The notes below the pieces were generated by a model. The model ran no database searches and was not told the origin of the DNA. It saw only the letters and a program-made list of their open reading frames with translations. A program made the position numbers and the translations under genes. A stretch of 64,000 nt of DNA, taken from NCBI GenBank assembly GCA_965205265.1, contig CBDBGH010000003.1, forward strand, positions 1,536,001 to 1,600,000. Direction: 5' to 3'. Source of the stretch: Alphaproteobacteria bacterium (GTDB lineage: Bacteria; Pseudomonadota; Alphaproteobacteria; Bin95). Shown in pieces: positions 20,828-30,725 of this stretch; the first letter of the stretch is position 1; each line of letters starts with the position of its first letter.

Positions 20828-22263
20828 GGCGAAACCGTCGGCGACCGGTCCAGATAGAAGCGCTTCAGCAGGTTCCGGGCGACGAGCGCCCGGTATTCCG
20901 CCGAGGCGCGCCAGTCGGAAATCGGCGTGAAGTCCCGCTCCAGCGCCTGCTCCGCAGCTTCGAAGGCTGGCTCCCCCCACGCCCGGCCGCGCAGCGCGGC
21001 TTCGGCCGCTTCGGCCCGTTTCGGCGTCGCCGCCATGCCGCCGAAAGCCAGCCGCGCCTCCTCTATGCAACCGTCCCGGACGCGGACCATGAAGCCGGCG
21101 CAGACCGACGAGATGTCCTCGTCGCGGCGCTTGGAGACCTTGTAGAAGCCGAGCCGGGCATCCTCTGCCGGAACCGGCACGCGCACCTTTTCCACGAACT
21201 CGCCGGGCGCCAGGTCCTGCCGGCCGTAGTCGAGGAAATAGGCTTCGAGCGGCATGGCGCGCCGCTCCCGGCCCTTTCGCAGAACCAGCTCGGCCCCGAG
21301 CGCGATCAATACCGGCGGCAGGTCGGCAATGGGCGAGCCGTTGGCGATATTGCCGCCGACCGTGCCCATATTGCGTATCTGCCAACCGCCGATCCGGCTC
21401 CAGTAGTCCGCAAGGCCCGGCACCGCCTCCGTCAGGGCCGCTTCCGCATCCGAATAGGACGCCGTCGCCCCGATGCATATTGTCCCGCCCTTCACGGCAA
21501 TCCGGCCGAGCCCGTCCAAATGGCCGATGAACGCCGCCGGCGCAATGTCCCGCAAATCCTTGTTGATCCACACCCCGACATCGGTTGCGCCGGCAATCAC
21601 GGTGGCCGCCGGCTCCGATTCCAGCGCGTCCGCCAGATCGTCTTCATCGGCCGGAACGACAACGCTGCCGCCGGCCAGTTCGACCCGCTTCCCGTCCGCC
21701 ATTGCCGCCAGGCGCGCGGCAACCGCCTCGCGGCTGCGCACCAGTCGGTCGTCTTCGGGCAGGCCGTAGTCGGCCGCGACGGCGCCCGCGCGCAGGATCG
21801 GCGCATAGCCGGTGCAGCGGCAGAGATTGCCCTGGAGCGCCCGCCGGATCTCGGCTTCCGACGGCCGCGGCCGCTCCAGCCAGAGCGCATAGAGGACCAT
21901 GACAATGCCAGGCGTGCAGAAACCGCACTGGCTGGCGTGGCAATCGACCATCGCCTGCTGGACCGGATGCAGGCCGCCATCCGCGCCGGCGAGATGTTCG
22001 ACCGTCACGACATGGCAGCCGTCGAGGCTCGGCAGGAGCCGGATGCAGCTGTTGACCGCCTCGTAGCGCAGCTCCCCGTCGCGCAGCCGGCCCACCAGCA
22101 CGGTGCAGGCGCCGCAGTCCCCTTCCGCACAGCCCTCCTTGGTGCCGCGCAGGCCGCAGCGAAGCCTCAGGAAGTCGAGCAGGCTGTCGCCGGCGCCGGC
22201 ATCCGTGAGCGCGGCCTCCTCGTCATTCACCAGGAACCGGAGTTCGCGGCGTATCCCGGCCAT
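20824..22263 (-). CDS. xdhA: Xanthine dehydrogenase small (FeS/FAD) subunit
   Basis: GTKEGCAEGDCGACT, SQCGFCTPG, GNLCRCTGY, ANGSPIAD, PISDWRASAEYR. Confidence 0.96.
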   Translation of the reverse strand: MAGIRRELRFLVNDEEAALTDAGAGDSLLDFLRLRCGLRGTKEGCAEGDCGACTVLVGRLRDGELRYEAVNSCIRLLPSLDGCHVVTVEHLAGADGGLHPVQQAMVDCHASQCGFCTPGIVMVLYALWLERPRPSEAEIRRALQGNLCRCTGYAPILRAGAVAADYGLPEDDRLVRSREAVAARLAAMADGKRVELAGGSVVVPADEDDLADALESEPAATVIAGATDVGVWINKDLRDIAPAAFIGHLDGLGRIAVKGGTICIGATASYSDAEAALTEAVPGLADYWSRIGGWQIRNMGTVGGNIANGSPIADLPPVLIALGAELVLRKGRERRAMPLEAYFLDYGRQDLAPGEFVEKVRVPVPAEDARLGFYKVSKRRDEDISSVCAGFMVRVRDGCIEEARLAFGGMAATPKRAEAAEAALRGRAWGEPAFEAAEQALERDFTPISDWRASAEYRALVARNLLKRFYLDRSPTVSP

Positions 22264-22266
22264 GGC

Positions 22267-22623
22267 CTAGCTGCCCCGATAGGTCGAATAGCCGAAGGGC
22301 GAGAGCAGCAGCGGCACATGGCAGGCGGTCCCGGCTTTCGAAATGCCGAACCGCACCGGCACCGTGCCGAGGAACGGCCTGTCCGCACCCGCACCCGCCG
22401 CGCGATGATAGTCGCCCGCCTCGAATTCGATCTCGTAGGCGCCGACGCCGAACTCGTCGCCCTCGAGCAACGGCCGGTCCGTTCGCCCGTCGGCATTGGT
22501 GACGGCCGACGCCAGCAGGCGGCGGTCGTCCCCGTCCAGCCTGTAGAGCCGGAGCGCGAGGCCCGCAGCGGGACGGCCGAGAGCCGTATCCAGCACATGA
22601 GTGGTCAGCCGGCCGTCGGGCAT
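22267..22623 (-). CDS. uraH: 5-hydroxyisourate hydrolase
   Basis: LTTHVLDT, TNADGR, HVPLLLSPFGYSTYRGS signature. Confidence 0.96.
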   Translation of the reverse strand: MPDGRLTTHVLDTALGRPAAGLALRLYRLDGDDRRLLASAVTNADGRTDRPLLEGDEFGVGAYEIEFEAGDYHRAAGAGADRPFLGTVPVRFGISKAGTACHVPLLLSPFGYSTYRGS

Positions 22624-22741
22624 GGCGCCCCCTCGGACTAGCAAAGGGCCTTCCCGTCGGGAGGCCGCGCGGTTGCACGCTAGCAATCCGCATTTTTACA
22701 ATCAACAACACGGGGAGCCATGAAACCCGGACGGCCGGAGG

Positions 22742-24169
22742 GTGAAAACGGCATTGCGATATCCAAGAGACCTGCACGGTTACGGGCCCGAACCGCCCGA
22801 TCCGAAATGGCCCGGCGGCGCCCGGATCGCCGTCCAGTTCGTCATCAACTACGAAGAGGGCGGCGAGAATTGCATTCTTCACGGCGACCCGGCCTCGGAA
22901 GCGTTCCTTTCCGAGATCGTGGGCGCCGCGCCCTGGCCGGGCCAGCGGCACTGGAACATGGAGTCGATCTACGAATACGGCGCGCGGGCCGGCTTCTGGC
23001 GCCTTCACCGGCTGTTCACCGGCTTCGACATTCCGGTCACGGTGTATGGCGTGGCGACGGCGCTGGCGCGCTCGCCGGCCCAGGTGGCGGCGATGCAGGC
23101 CGCCGATTGGGAGATTGCAAGCCACGGCCTCAAATGGATCGAATACCGGGACATGCCGCTCGAAGAGGAGCGCGAACATCTGGAAGAGGCCGTGCGCCTG
23201 CACGCGGAAGTCACGGGCGAGCGGCCGCGCGGCTGGTACACGGGGCGCTGCTCGGACAACACCGTCCGGCTCGCCGCCGAGGAAGGCGGGTTCGACTATG
23301 TGTCGGACGCCTATGCCGACGACCTGCCCTACTGGGTCCGTTTCGGCAAGCGCGACCAGCTGATCGTCCCCTATACGCTCGATGCGAACGACATGCGCTT
23401 CGCCGTGGCGCAGGGTTTCAATTCCGGCGACCAGTTCTTCGCCTATCTGCGCGACAGTTTCGATGCGCTCTATGCCGAGGGCGAGGCGGGCAGCGCGAAA
23501 ATGCTCTCGGTCGGCCTGCATTGCCGGCTCGTCGGGCGGCCGGGGCGCATCGTGGCGCTGAGGCGCTTCATCGAACATGCGGCGGCGCACGAGGGGGTCT
23601 GGTTCGCGCGGCGCATCGACATCGCCCGCCACTGGCAGGCCCTGCACCCGCCGCCTGTCGCGCGGGAACGGCCGTCGGCCATGGACCGCGAAACCTTCGT
23701 CGCGCGGTTCGGAAGCATTTTCGAGCATTCGCCCTGGATTGCGGAGCGCGCCTGGGACGGTGAGCTGGGGCCTGCCCATGACACCGCGGTCGGCATGCTG
23801 AGCGCGCTTGCGCGGCAATTCCGGTCCGCCGGCGAGGATGAGCGGCTCGGCGTGCTGAAAGCCCATCCTGACCTCGCGGGACGGCTGGCCGCAGCCCGCC
23901 GGCTGACCGGGGCATCGGCGGCGGAACAGGCATCCGCCGGGCTCGATGCGCTGACCGACGCCGAGCGCGCCCGCTTCACCGAACTGAACCGGGCTTATGT
24001 AGAGAAGCACGGTTTTCCGTTCATCATTGCAGTGCGCGACCACGACAGGGCCGGCATCCTGCAAGCCTTCGAGCGGCGCCTTGCAAACGATTCCGGGACG
24101 GAATTCGCCGAAGCCTGCCGGCAGGTCGAACGTATCGCCGAATTGCGCCTCTCGGAGACGCTGGACTAG
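22742..24169 (+). CDS. puuE: Allantoinase PuuE fused to OHCU decarboxylase (UraD)
   Basis: NYEEGGE, ESIYEYGARAG, HCRLVGRPGR; C-terminal IFEHSPWIAE, AHPDLAG, EQASAGLD, GFPFIIAV. Confidence 0.93.
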   Translation: MKTALRYPRDLHGYGPEPPDPKWPGGARIAVQFVINYEEGGENCILHGDPASEAFLSEIVGAAPWPGQRHWNMESIYEYGARAGFWRLHRLFTGFDIPVTVYGVATALARSPAQVAAMQAADWEIASHGLKWIEYRDMPLEEEREHLEEAVRLHAEVTGERPRGWYTGRCSDNTVRLAAEEGGFDYVSDAYADDLPYWVRFGKRDQLIVPYTLDANDMRFAVAQGFNSGDQFFAYLRDSFDALYAEGEAGSAKMLSVGLHCRLVGRPGRIVALRRFIEHAAAHEGVWFARRIDIARHWQALHPPPVARERPSAMDRETFVARFGSIFEHSPWIAERAWDGELGPAHDTAVGMLSALARQFRSAGEDERLGVLKAHPDLAGRLAAARRLTGASAAEQASAGLDALTDAERARFTELNRAYVEKHGFPFIIAVRDHDRAGILQAFERRLANDSGTEFAEACRQVERIAELRLSETLD

Positions 24170-24179
24170 GGAGCGGCGC

Positions 24180-25058
24180 CTACGCGGCCGCCGGGCGGGC
24201 CGTATCGCGGACCTGGGTGCGGTGCATATGGCGCCGGCTGCCGGCGGGCAGCGTGTCGCGCCGGTGCAGGGTGCAGCGGTTGTCCCAGATCACGAGGTCT
24301 CCCGCCTGCCAGTCCTGCGTCCAGACGAAGCCGCAACGCTCGATATGCGCCCAGATTTCGTCGAGCAACGCATCGCTCTCATCGTCGGGCAGACCGACGA
24401 TCCAGGCGTTCGGGCGGCGGCCTACGCAGAGAGCCTTGCGGCCCGTCCCGGGATGGACAAGGACCAGCGGATGGATGGCCCCCGGGCGGTCTTCATTCGA
24501 GTATTCTTCCTCGTAGCCGTGGCGAAGCCGGCCGTCGGACGAGCGCGTCGCGTCATGCTTGCAGGTCAGGCCTTCGATCCGTTGGCGCAGCGCATCGGGC
24601 AGTGCGTCGTAGGCCTTGTAAAGATTGTAGAATTGCGTGGCGCCGCCGACCTCCGGAACCTCGATGCCGTAGAGCAGGCTCGCCTTGGGCGGGATGTCGT
24701 TGTAGGTCATGTCCTGGTGCCAGACGAGCTCGGAATTGCCGAGCGCGCCGGCCGGCTTCCCGTCCACGACGATATTGGAGACCACGACGATCTCGGGCCG
24801 GTCGGGGTTGAAGGGTTTGCCGCCGCGCCCTGTCGGCGCCATGTCCAGCTCGCCGAAGCGGCGCGAGAAGGCGGCGAGAGCATCGTCATCGAGCGTCTGG
24901 CCCCGGAAACGCACCACCAGATGCTCGTGCCAGGCGTCCTCTATCCGGTGGAAATCGGCATCGCCGATATCCTGCGCGAGATCGACTCCGACGATGTCCG
25001 CGCCGAGCGCCGCGCCCGTCGGCACTACTCGGATGTCCGTCGCTGCCATCCCGGGCAT
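24180..25058 (-). CDS. TauD/TfdA family 2-oxoglutarate/Fe(II) dioxygenase
   Basis: WHQD (HxD), GGATQF, HPLVLVHP, WDNRCTLHRR. Confidence 0.9.
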   Translation of the reverse strand: MPGMAATDIRVVPTGAALGADIVGVDLAQDIGDADFHRIEDAWHEHLVVRFRGQTLDDDALAAFSRRFGELDMAPTGRGGKPFNPDRPEIVVVSNIVVDGKPAGALGNSELVWHQDMTYNDIPPKASLLYGIEVPEVGGATQFYNLYKAYDALPDALRQRIEGLTCKHDATRSSDGRLRHGYEEEYSNEDRPGAIHPLVLVHPGTGRKALCVGRRPNAWIVGLPDDESDALLDEIWAHIERCGFVWTQDWQAGDLVIWDNRCTLHRRDTLPAGSRRHMHRTQVRDTARPAAA

Positions 25059-25134
25059 GTCCGCCTCCCGATATTGCTGCGGGGACGGTAGCCGAAGCCG
25101 GCGGGCAGGAAAAGCGCCTGCCGCCTCCCCGGCC

Positions 25135-26877
25135 CTATTCCACGCCCTTTACATGAACGGTCACGATGTCCGTGTCGTGATACTGCTGGTGACGCACGGA
25201 CGACGCAAGGTGCCGCAACAACCGGAGCGAGATCTCATGCTCTGCCGGCGTGCCGGCCGTATGTTCGCCCAACAGGGCGATGCGGTCCTCGAGGTTGCTG
25301 TCTTCGCCGGAGGCGACGACGAACTCCAGAACGGCTCCCCCGTCGTCGCGGGATGCCGAGACGCGAAGACGCGGGGGCCGCCGCACCTCCTTCCCGCCGT
25401 CCCGCTGCATGAGTGTCGCCAGAGCTTCTTCGCCGATGGCGTCGAGCCGCTGCGCCGTGTCCTTCGACCAGGCGTTGCGCGATGCGAATTGCCTGAGGAA
25501 CTCGCTGACGGGCCGGAAGGCCGAATCGTCGAACGCGGTTTCCATGCGTCTTCGGCGGGGCTTGGCCGCTTCCAGGCATATCGTCAGGAAAATGGCGGCC
25601 GCGCCGCCGGCCGTCATGCCGTTCTGCAGCAGTCCGCCGGCGAACTCCGCGAAATATTCCGGGAAAATCACGCCGTTCTGGAAGCCGACGCCAATCCAGA
25701 AGGAAACGCCCACGACGATCCCCTTGCGGTAGTCGATGCCGTCCTGCACCACGATCCTCATGCCGACCACGAAGAGCATCGCCAGCAGCACGGTCGCATA
25801 GGCAGCGACAACCGGAGCGGGAACGGCCAGCACGATCGCAAGCGCCTTCGGCAACAGGGCCAGCACAAGGAAGATCAGGCCGACGGCGACCCCCACGCGG
25901 CGCGCGGCCACACCGGTCAGCTCGGTCACGGATATGCTGGTCGAATAGGTCGTATTCGGAATCGTTCCGAAGAGGCCCGACAGCAGGTTGCCCATCCCGT
26001 CCGCGGCGACCGCGCCTTCCACCGCCCGGTAGTCGACGGCCCGGCGCTCGCGCCAGGAAACATGCTGAATGGCGATGGAGTCTCCCACCGTCTCGATCGC
26101 GCCGACCAGAGTGACCAGCACGAAGGCCGGAAGCAGCGTCCAGAAGGCCGGCCCGAAATCGAGGTCGAATCCCGGCCACCCTCCTTCGGGAAACCCGATC
26201 CACGCCGCGTCGGCAACGCGCCCGAAGTCGTATATGCCGAACGCGCCGCCTACCGCCGATCCGACCACGACCCCTATAACCGGCGCCCAGAGCCGCCAGA
26301 CCCCTGTCGCGGCCAGCGCAATCGCCACGATGACGGCGATGGTGACGCCGGCCGATAGAGGCGCGGCGAGCGCCGGCGCGCCCTCCGGCGCCTTGCCCAG
26401 CATGTCGAAGATGATCGGCATGACCGTTACCGCGATCAGCATGATGACGGTGCCTGCGACCGACGGCGTGAAGATGCGGCGGACCAGGGAAAGGCGCGCC
26501 GCCAGCGCGAACTGGAAGAAAGACGAAATGATAACGAGCGTGGCAAGCAGCGCCGGCCCGCCCTGCGCCATCGCCCCGATGCAGACGGCGATGAAGGCGC
26601 CGGAGGTGCCCATGAGCAGGACATAGCCGGCGCCGATGCGGCCAAGGCGCACCGCCTGCACAATGGTCGTTATGCCGCACACCGCAACCGCCGCGAAGGC
26701 AGCCCAGGAGAGATAGGTGTCGCTTCCGCCGGTTGCGCGGATCACGATGGAAGGGGTAAGGACAATTCCGGCGATGGTGAGCGCCGCGAGTTGCAGGCCG
26801 AGGCCGAAGGCCAGCGGCGCCGGCGGTTTCTCGTCGGCGGCATACCGCACATGCCGGCCTGCTTCGCCCGGTTCCAT
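25135..26877 (-). CDS. NCS2 (uracil/xanthine) permease with ~140-aa soluble C-terminal extension
   Basis: DEKPP, GLQ, TPSVAGTVIMLI, AIETVGD, PNTTYSTS, TGVAARRVG, followed by a hydrophilic tail. Confidence 0.88.
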   Translation of the reverse strand: MEPGEAGRHVRYAADEKPPAPLAFGLGLQLAALTIAGIVLTPSIVIRATGGSDTYLSWAAFAAVAVCGITTIVQAVRLGRIGAGYVLLMGTSGAFIAVCIGAMAQGGPALLATLVIISSFFQFALAARLSLVRRIFTPSVAGTVIMLIAVTVMPIIFDMLGKAPEGAPALAAPLSAGVTIAVIVAIALAATGVWRLWAPVIGVVVGSAVGGAFGIYDFGRVADAAWIGFPEGGWPGFDLDFGPAFWTLLPAFVLVTLVGAIETVGDSIAIQHVSWRERRAVDYRAVEGAVAADGMGNLLSGLFGTIPNTTYSTSISVTELTGVAARRVGVAVGLIFLVLALLPKALAIVLAVPAPVVAAYATVLLAMLFVVGMRIVVQDGIDYRKGIVVGVSFWIGVGFQNGVIFPEYFAEFAGGLLQNGMTAGGAAAIFLTICLEAAKPRRRRMETAFDDSAFRPVSEFLRQFASRNAWSKDTAQRLDAIGEEALATLMQRDGGKEVRRPPRLRVSASRDDGGAVLEFVVASGEDSNLEDRIALLGEHTAGTPAEHEISLRLLRHLASSVRHQQYHDTDIVTVHVKGVE

Positions 26878-26898
26878 TCCCCTCTCCGGCGTTCCGGG

Positions 26899-27957
26899 CT
26901 ACAGCGCTTCGGCTATGGCGCGGCCGAGTTCCCCGGTCGTGCCGTTGCCGCCCATGTCCGGGGTCAGCGGCCCGGCGCCTGTGAGAACCGTTTCGATGGC
27001 GCTCTCTATGGCCCTGGCCGCTTCCTCGTGGCCCAGATGCTCCAGCATCATGGCGCCCGACCAGATCTGGCCGATGGGATTCGCGATGCCCCGCCCGGCA
27101 ATGTCCGGAGCAGAGCCATGCACAGGCTCGAACATGGACGGCATATCGCCGGCAGGATTGATGTTGGACGAAGGCGCGATGCCGATGGACCCCGCCACGG
27201 CCGGCCCGAGATCGGAAAGGATATCGCCGAACAGGTTCGAGCCGACGACGACATCGAACCAATCCGGATGCTGGACGAAATGGGCCGTCAGAATGTCGAT
27301 ATGGTACTGGTCCGTGGCCACATCGGGATATTCGCCCGCGATGGTCCGGAAGCGCTCGTCCCAATAGGGCATGGTGTGGATGATGCCGTTGGACTTCGTC
27401 GCCGAGGTGACTTTCCTGCGCGGCCGCGTCTTCGCCAGATCGAAGGCGTATCGCAGGATGCGGTCCACGCCGCGCCGGGTGAACACCGTTTCCTGAACCA
27501 CCGTCTCCGCATCGGTGCCGGCATAGAGCCGGCCCCCGATTTCCGAATATTCGCCCTCGCAATTCTCCCGGATGACATAGAAGTCGATATCTTCCGGCCC
27601 CCTGCCCGCCAATGGCGAACGGATTCCCTTCAGAAGACGCACCGGACGCAGGTTCACATACTGGTCGAAGCGGCGGCGAATGGGGATCAGCAGGCCCCAT
27701 AGCGATATGTGGTCCGGCACGGTCGGCCAGCCGACGGCGCCCAGAAAGATCGCGTCGAAGGGCGCCAGAAGGTCGAGCCCATCCTCGGGCATGAGGCGTC
27801 CGGTTTCGGCATAGCGTTCGCAGGACCAGTCGAAGGTCTCGAACTCGAAATCGATGCCGTAGCGACGCCCGGCCGCTTCCAGAACCTGGACTCCTTCCGG
27901 CACGACCTCCTTGCCGATGCCGTCTCCCGGAATGGAGGCGATGCGATAGCGGGACAT
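26899..27957 (-). CDS. Tartrate dehydrogenase/decarboxylase (D-malate dehydrogenase)
   Basis: IPGDGIGKEV, VPDHISLWGLLIPIRR, SATKSNGI, NLFGDILSD, FEPVHGSAPDI. Confidence 0.9.
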   Translation of the reverse strand: MSRYRIASIPGDGIGKEVVPEGVQVLEAAGRRYGIDFEFETFDWSCERYAETGRLMPEDGLDLLAPFDAIFLGAVGWPTVPDHISLWGLLIPIRRRFDQYVNLRPVRLLKGIRSPLAGRGPEDIDFYVIRENCEGEYSEIGGRLYAGTDAETVVQETVFTRRGVDRILRYAFDLAKTRPRRKVTSATKSNGIIHTMPYWDERFRTIAGEYPDVATDQYHIDILTAHFVQHPDWFDVVVGSNLFGDILSDLGPAVAGSIGIAPSSNINPAGDMPSMFEPVHGSAPDIAGRGIANPIGQIWSGAMMLEHLGHEEAARAIESAIETVLTGAGPLTPDMGGNGTTGELGRAIAEAL

Positions 27958-28045
27958 GAGGCGCACTTTCCTGATCGGGACGCGCCGGTATCGATACGGC
28001 CCGCCGCATTGTCAACCCGCCCGCGCGGGTCTAAGAGGCGCGCCC

Positions 28046-28774
28046 ATGAATGACAGCGCCGCCGAACGAGCACTCACCGCCTTCCGGCAACGGATCGACC
28101 GCTGCGACCTCGCGATTCTGGAAAGCCTGCGCGAGCGCGCGCGGGTGGTCGATCTCGTTGGGACGGACAAGCGCGCCCGCGGCCTGATCGATGTCTATCG
28201 TCCCGGACGCGAGGCCGCGCTGATGCGCCGGCTGGCGGCTACCGATAGTTCGCCCTTTCCGACCGCCTCATTGCTGAGCGTCTGGCGGGAGATAATCGGG
28301 GCGAGCTTTACGATAGAGGGCCATCCGCTGAATGTCGTGAGCGGCAGCGAGAATGCCTGGGAACGCGCCCGGAACCATTTCCGCGCGGCCCGACACTTCC
28401 GCGCGTCGAGCGCAAGCGCCGCCGTGCGCGCCGTCGCCGCCGGCGAGGCCGCTGTCGCCGTCGCGTCTCTCGACGACGACGAACCCTGGTGGCCGTTGCT
28501 GGCCGAGATCGATCCCCCGCTCCACATTGTCGCCCGCCTCCCGTTCGCGCCCGGTCTCTACCCGGTAGGCGCACCCAGCGCGCTCGTGATTGCGCGCAAT
28601 CCGCCGGACCCGAGCGGCGACGACCTTGCCGTCGCTATCGCCGCCGAAGCCAAGGGCGAGATTCTCGCGGATTGCGGCGACCGGTTCCTGGTTGCCGTAA
28701 GGAAGGCTGACGCCGATATGATCCCCGTCGGCGGCTATGCCGTTCCGATCGTTCTCAAGGAGACCGCAGGATGA
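28046..28774 (+). CDS. Chorismate mutase (alphaproteobacterial type)
   Basis: [34 protein letters not shown]; first gene of the CM-hisC-tyrC operon. Confidence 0.85.
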   Translation: MNDSAAERALTAFRQRIDRCDLAILESLRERARVVDLVGTDKRARGLIDVYRPGREAALMRRLAATDSSPFPTASLLSVWREIIGASFTIEGHPLNVVSGSENAWERARNHFRAARHFRASSASAAVRAVAAGEAAVAVASLDDDEPWWPLLAEIDPPLHIVARLPFAPGLYPVGAPSALVIARNPPDPSGDDLAVAIAAEAKGEILADCGDRFLVAVRKADADMIPVGGYAVPIVLKETAG

Positions 28775-29844
28775 CCTTGCCTGCCCCCCGCGCCGGCGTG
28801 CTGGAGATTTCGCCCTATGTCGGCGGCGAAAGCGATATCGAGGGCGTCGAAAATATCGTCAAGCTGTCCTCGAACGAAAATGCGCTCGGCCCCTCGCCGC
28901 GCGCGGCGGAAGCTTTCGGGCGCATGGCGTCCTCGCTGCACCTCTACCCGGATGGCGCTTCGGATGAGCTTCGCGCCGCCATCGGCGAGGTTCATGGCCT
29001 CGATCCGGACCGCATCGTCTGCGGCTCCGGCTCGGACGAGTTGCTGTCCCTGCTGGCCCATGCCTATGCGGGACCGGGAGACGAAGTGATCTATCCGGAG
29101 CATGGCTTCGCCATGTATCCGATTGCGACGCGCGCGGCGGGCGCCCATCCGGTCGTGGCGCCGGAAACCGATTTCACCACCGATGTCGATGCGATCCTTG
29201 CGGCGGTGACGACGCGCACCAGGCTGGTCTTCGTCGCCAACCCGAACAACCCGACCGGGACCTATATTTCCGGCGACGAACTCGTGCGGCTGCGCGAGGG
29301 GCTGCCGGAGAGCGTGCTGCTGGTTGTGGACGCCGCTTACGCGGAATATGTGGGCCGCAACGATTACGCCGACGGACGCGAACTGGTCGAGGCCGGCGGC
29401 AACACCGTCATGACGCGCACCTTTTCCAAGATTTACGGGCTCGCGGCGCTCAGGCTCGGCTGGGCCTATTGCCCGCCCAACGTGGTGGACGTGCTGCAAC
29501 GGGTGCGCGGGCCGTTCAACGTCAATGCCGCAGCCCAGGCTGCCGGAGTGGCCGCGATACGGGACGCCGGATATGTCCAGGTCTCGCGCGCCCACAACGA
29601 CAAGTGGCTTCCCTGGCTGACGGACGAGGTTCGTGCGCTGGGCTTCGAGGTGTTGCCGAGCGTCGGCAATTTCATCCTGATCCGGTTTCCGGATGTCGAG
29701 GCCGCCTTCGCCGCCTTGCAGGGCCACGGCGTGATACCGCGCCGCGTGGCCGGCTACGGCTTCCCGGACGGTCTGCGCATAACGGTGGGGCGGGAGGAGG
29801 ACAACCGCGCCGTCGTCGCCGCCCTCAGGACCCTCGTCTCGTGA
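28771..29844 (+). CDS. hisC: Histidinol-phosphate aminotransferase
   Basis: [43 protein letters not shown]. Confidence 0.95.
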   Translation: MTLPAPRAGVLEISPYVGGESDIEGVENIVKLSSNENALGPSPRAAEAFGRMASSLHLYPDGASDELRAAIGEVHGLDPDRIVCGSGSDELLSLLAHAYAGPGDEVIYPEHGFAMYPIATRAAGAHPVVAPETDFTTDVDAILAAVTTRTRLVFVANPNNPTGTYISGDELVRLREGLPESVLLVVDAAYAEYVGRNDYADGRELVEAGGNTVMTRTFSKIYGLAALRLGWAYCPPNVVDVLQRVRGPFNVNAAAQAAGVAAIRDAGYVQVSRAHNDKWLPWLTDEVRALGFEVLPSVGNFILIRFPDVEAAFAALQGHGVIPRRVAGYGFPDGLRITVGREEDNRAVVAALRTLVS

Positions 29845-30725
29845 CCGAGCCGATGTTCGAACGGGTTGCGCTGATCGGAATCGGCCTGATCGGCTCTTCC
29901 CTGGCCCGGGTGATGCAGCGGGACCGTCTGGCCGGCAGCATTACCGCCTGCGCCCGGCGCGCGGAGACGCTGGCAGCGGTGCGGCGGCTCGGAATTGCCG
30001 ACGACACGACCCACGATCCGGCGGAAGCTGCCGACGGCGCCGACCTCGTGGTCGTCTGCACGCCCATCGGCGCCTATGCCGCCATCGGCGAGGCTATCGC
30101 GCCCCGGCTCCGGAGCGGAGCCATCGTCAGCGATGTGGGCTCGGTGAAGCAGACCGTGGTCCGCGACCTGGGTCCGCACATTCCGGAGGGCGTGCATTTC
30201 GTGCCGGCGCATCCGGTGGCGGGCACCGAGCATTCCGGGCCCGAAGCCGGGTTTGCCGAGCTCTTCCGGGGCCGCTGGTGCATTCTTACCCCGCCGCCCG
30301 GCACGGCGCCCGAGGCGGTCGAGAAGGTAGGCGAGCTCTGGCGCCGGGCCGGCATGATGCTGGAGCGCATGACCCCGGCCCATCACGACCATGTGCTCGC
30401 GATCACCTCCCACCTTCCCCATCTGGTCGCCTTCTCGATTGTCGGAACGGCCGCAGACCTGGAACAGGACCTTCGCCAGGAAGTCATCAAATTCGCTGCA
30501 AGCGGCTTCCGGGACTTCACCCGCATTGCCGCCAGCGACCCGACCATGTGGCGCGACATTTTCCTCAACAACCGCCATGCGCTGCTGGATGTCTGCGGGC
30601 GGCTGCTGGAGGACATTTCCCGTCTTCAGCGGGCCATTCGCTGGGGAGAGGGCGAGGAGATCGAGCGGCTGATCGAGGCCTCGCGCGAAATCCGGCGCAG
30701 CCTGATCGACGCGAAGCAGGCATGA
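29841..30725 (+). CDS. tyrC: Prephenate/arogenate (cyclohexadienyl) dehydrogenase
   Basis: [47 protein letters not shown]. Confidence 0.92.
   Translation: MTEPMFERVALIGIGLIGSSLARVMQRDRLAGSITACARRAETLAAVRRLGIADDTTHDPAEAADGADLVVVCTPIGAYAAIGEAIAPRLRSGAIVSDVGSVKQTVVRDLGPHIPEGVHFVPAHPVAGTEHSGPEAGFAELFRGRWCILTPPPGTAPEAVEKVGELWRRAGMMLERMTPAHHDHVLAITSHLPHLVAFSIVGTAADLEQDLRQEVIKFAASGFRDFTRIAASDPTMWRDIFLNNRHALLDVCGRLLEDISRLQRAIRWGEGEEIERLIEASREIRRSLIDAKQA

Noticed and set aside
22742-24169. PuuE-OHCU decarboxylase fusion as a novelty
   Set aside because: This fusion is already known in alphaproteobacterial purine clusters.
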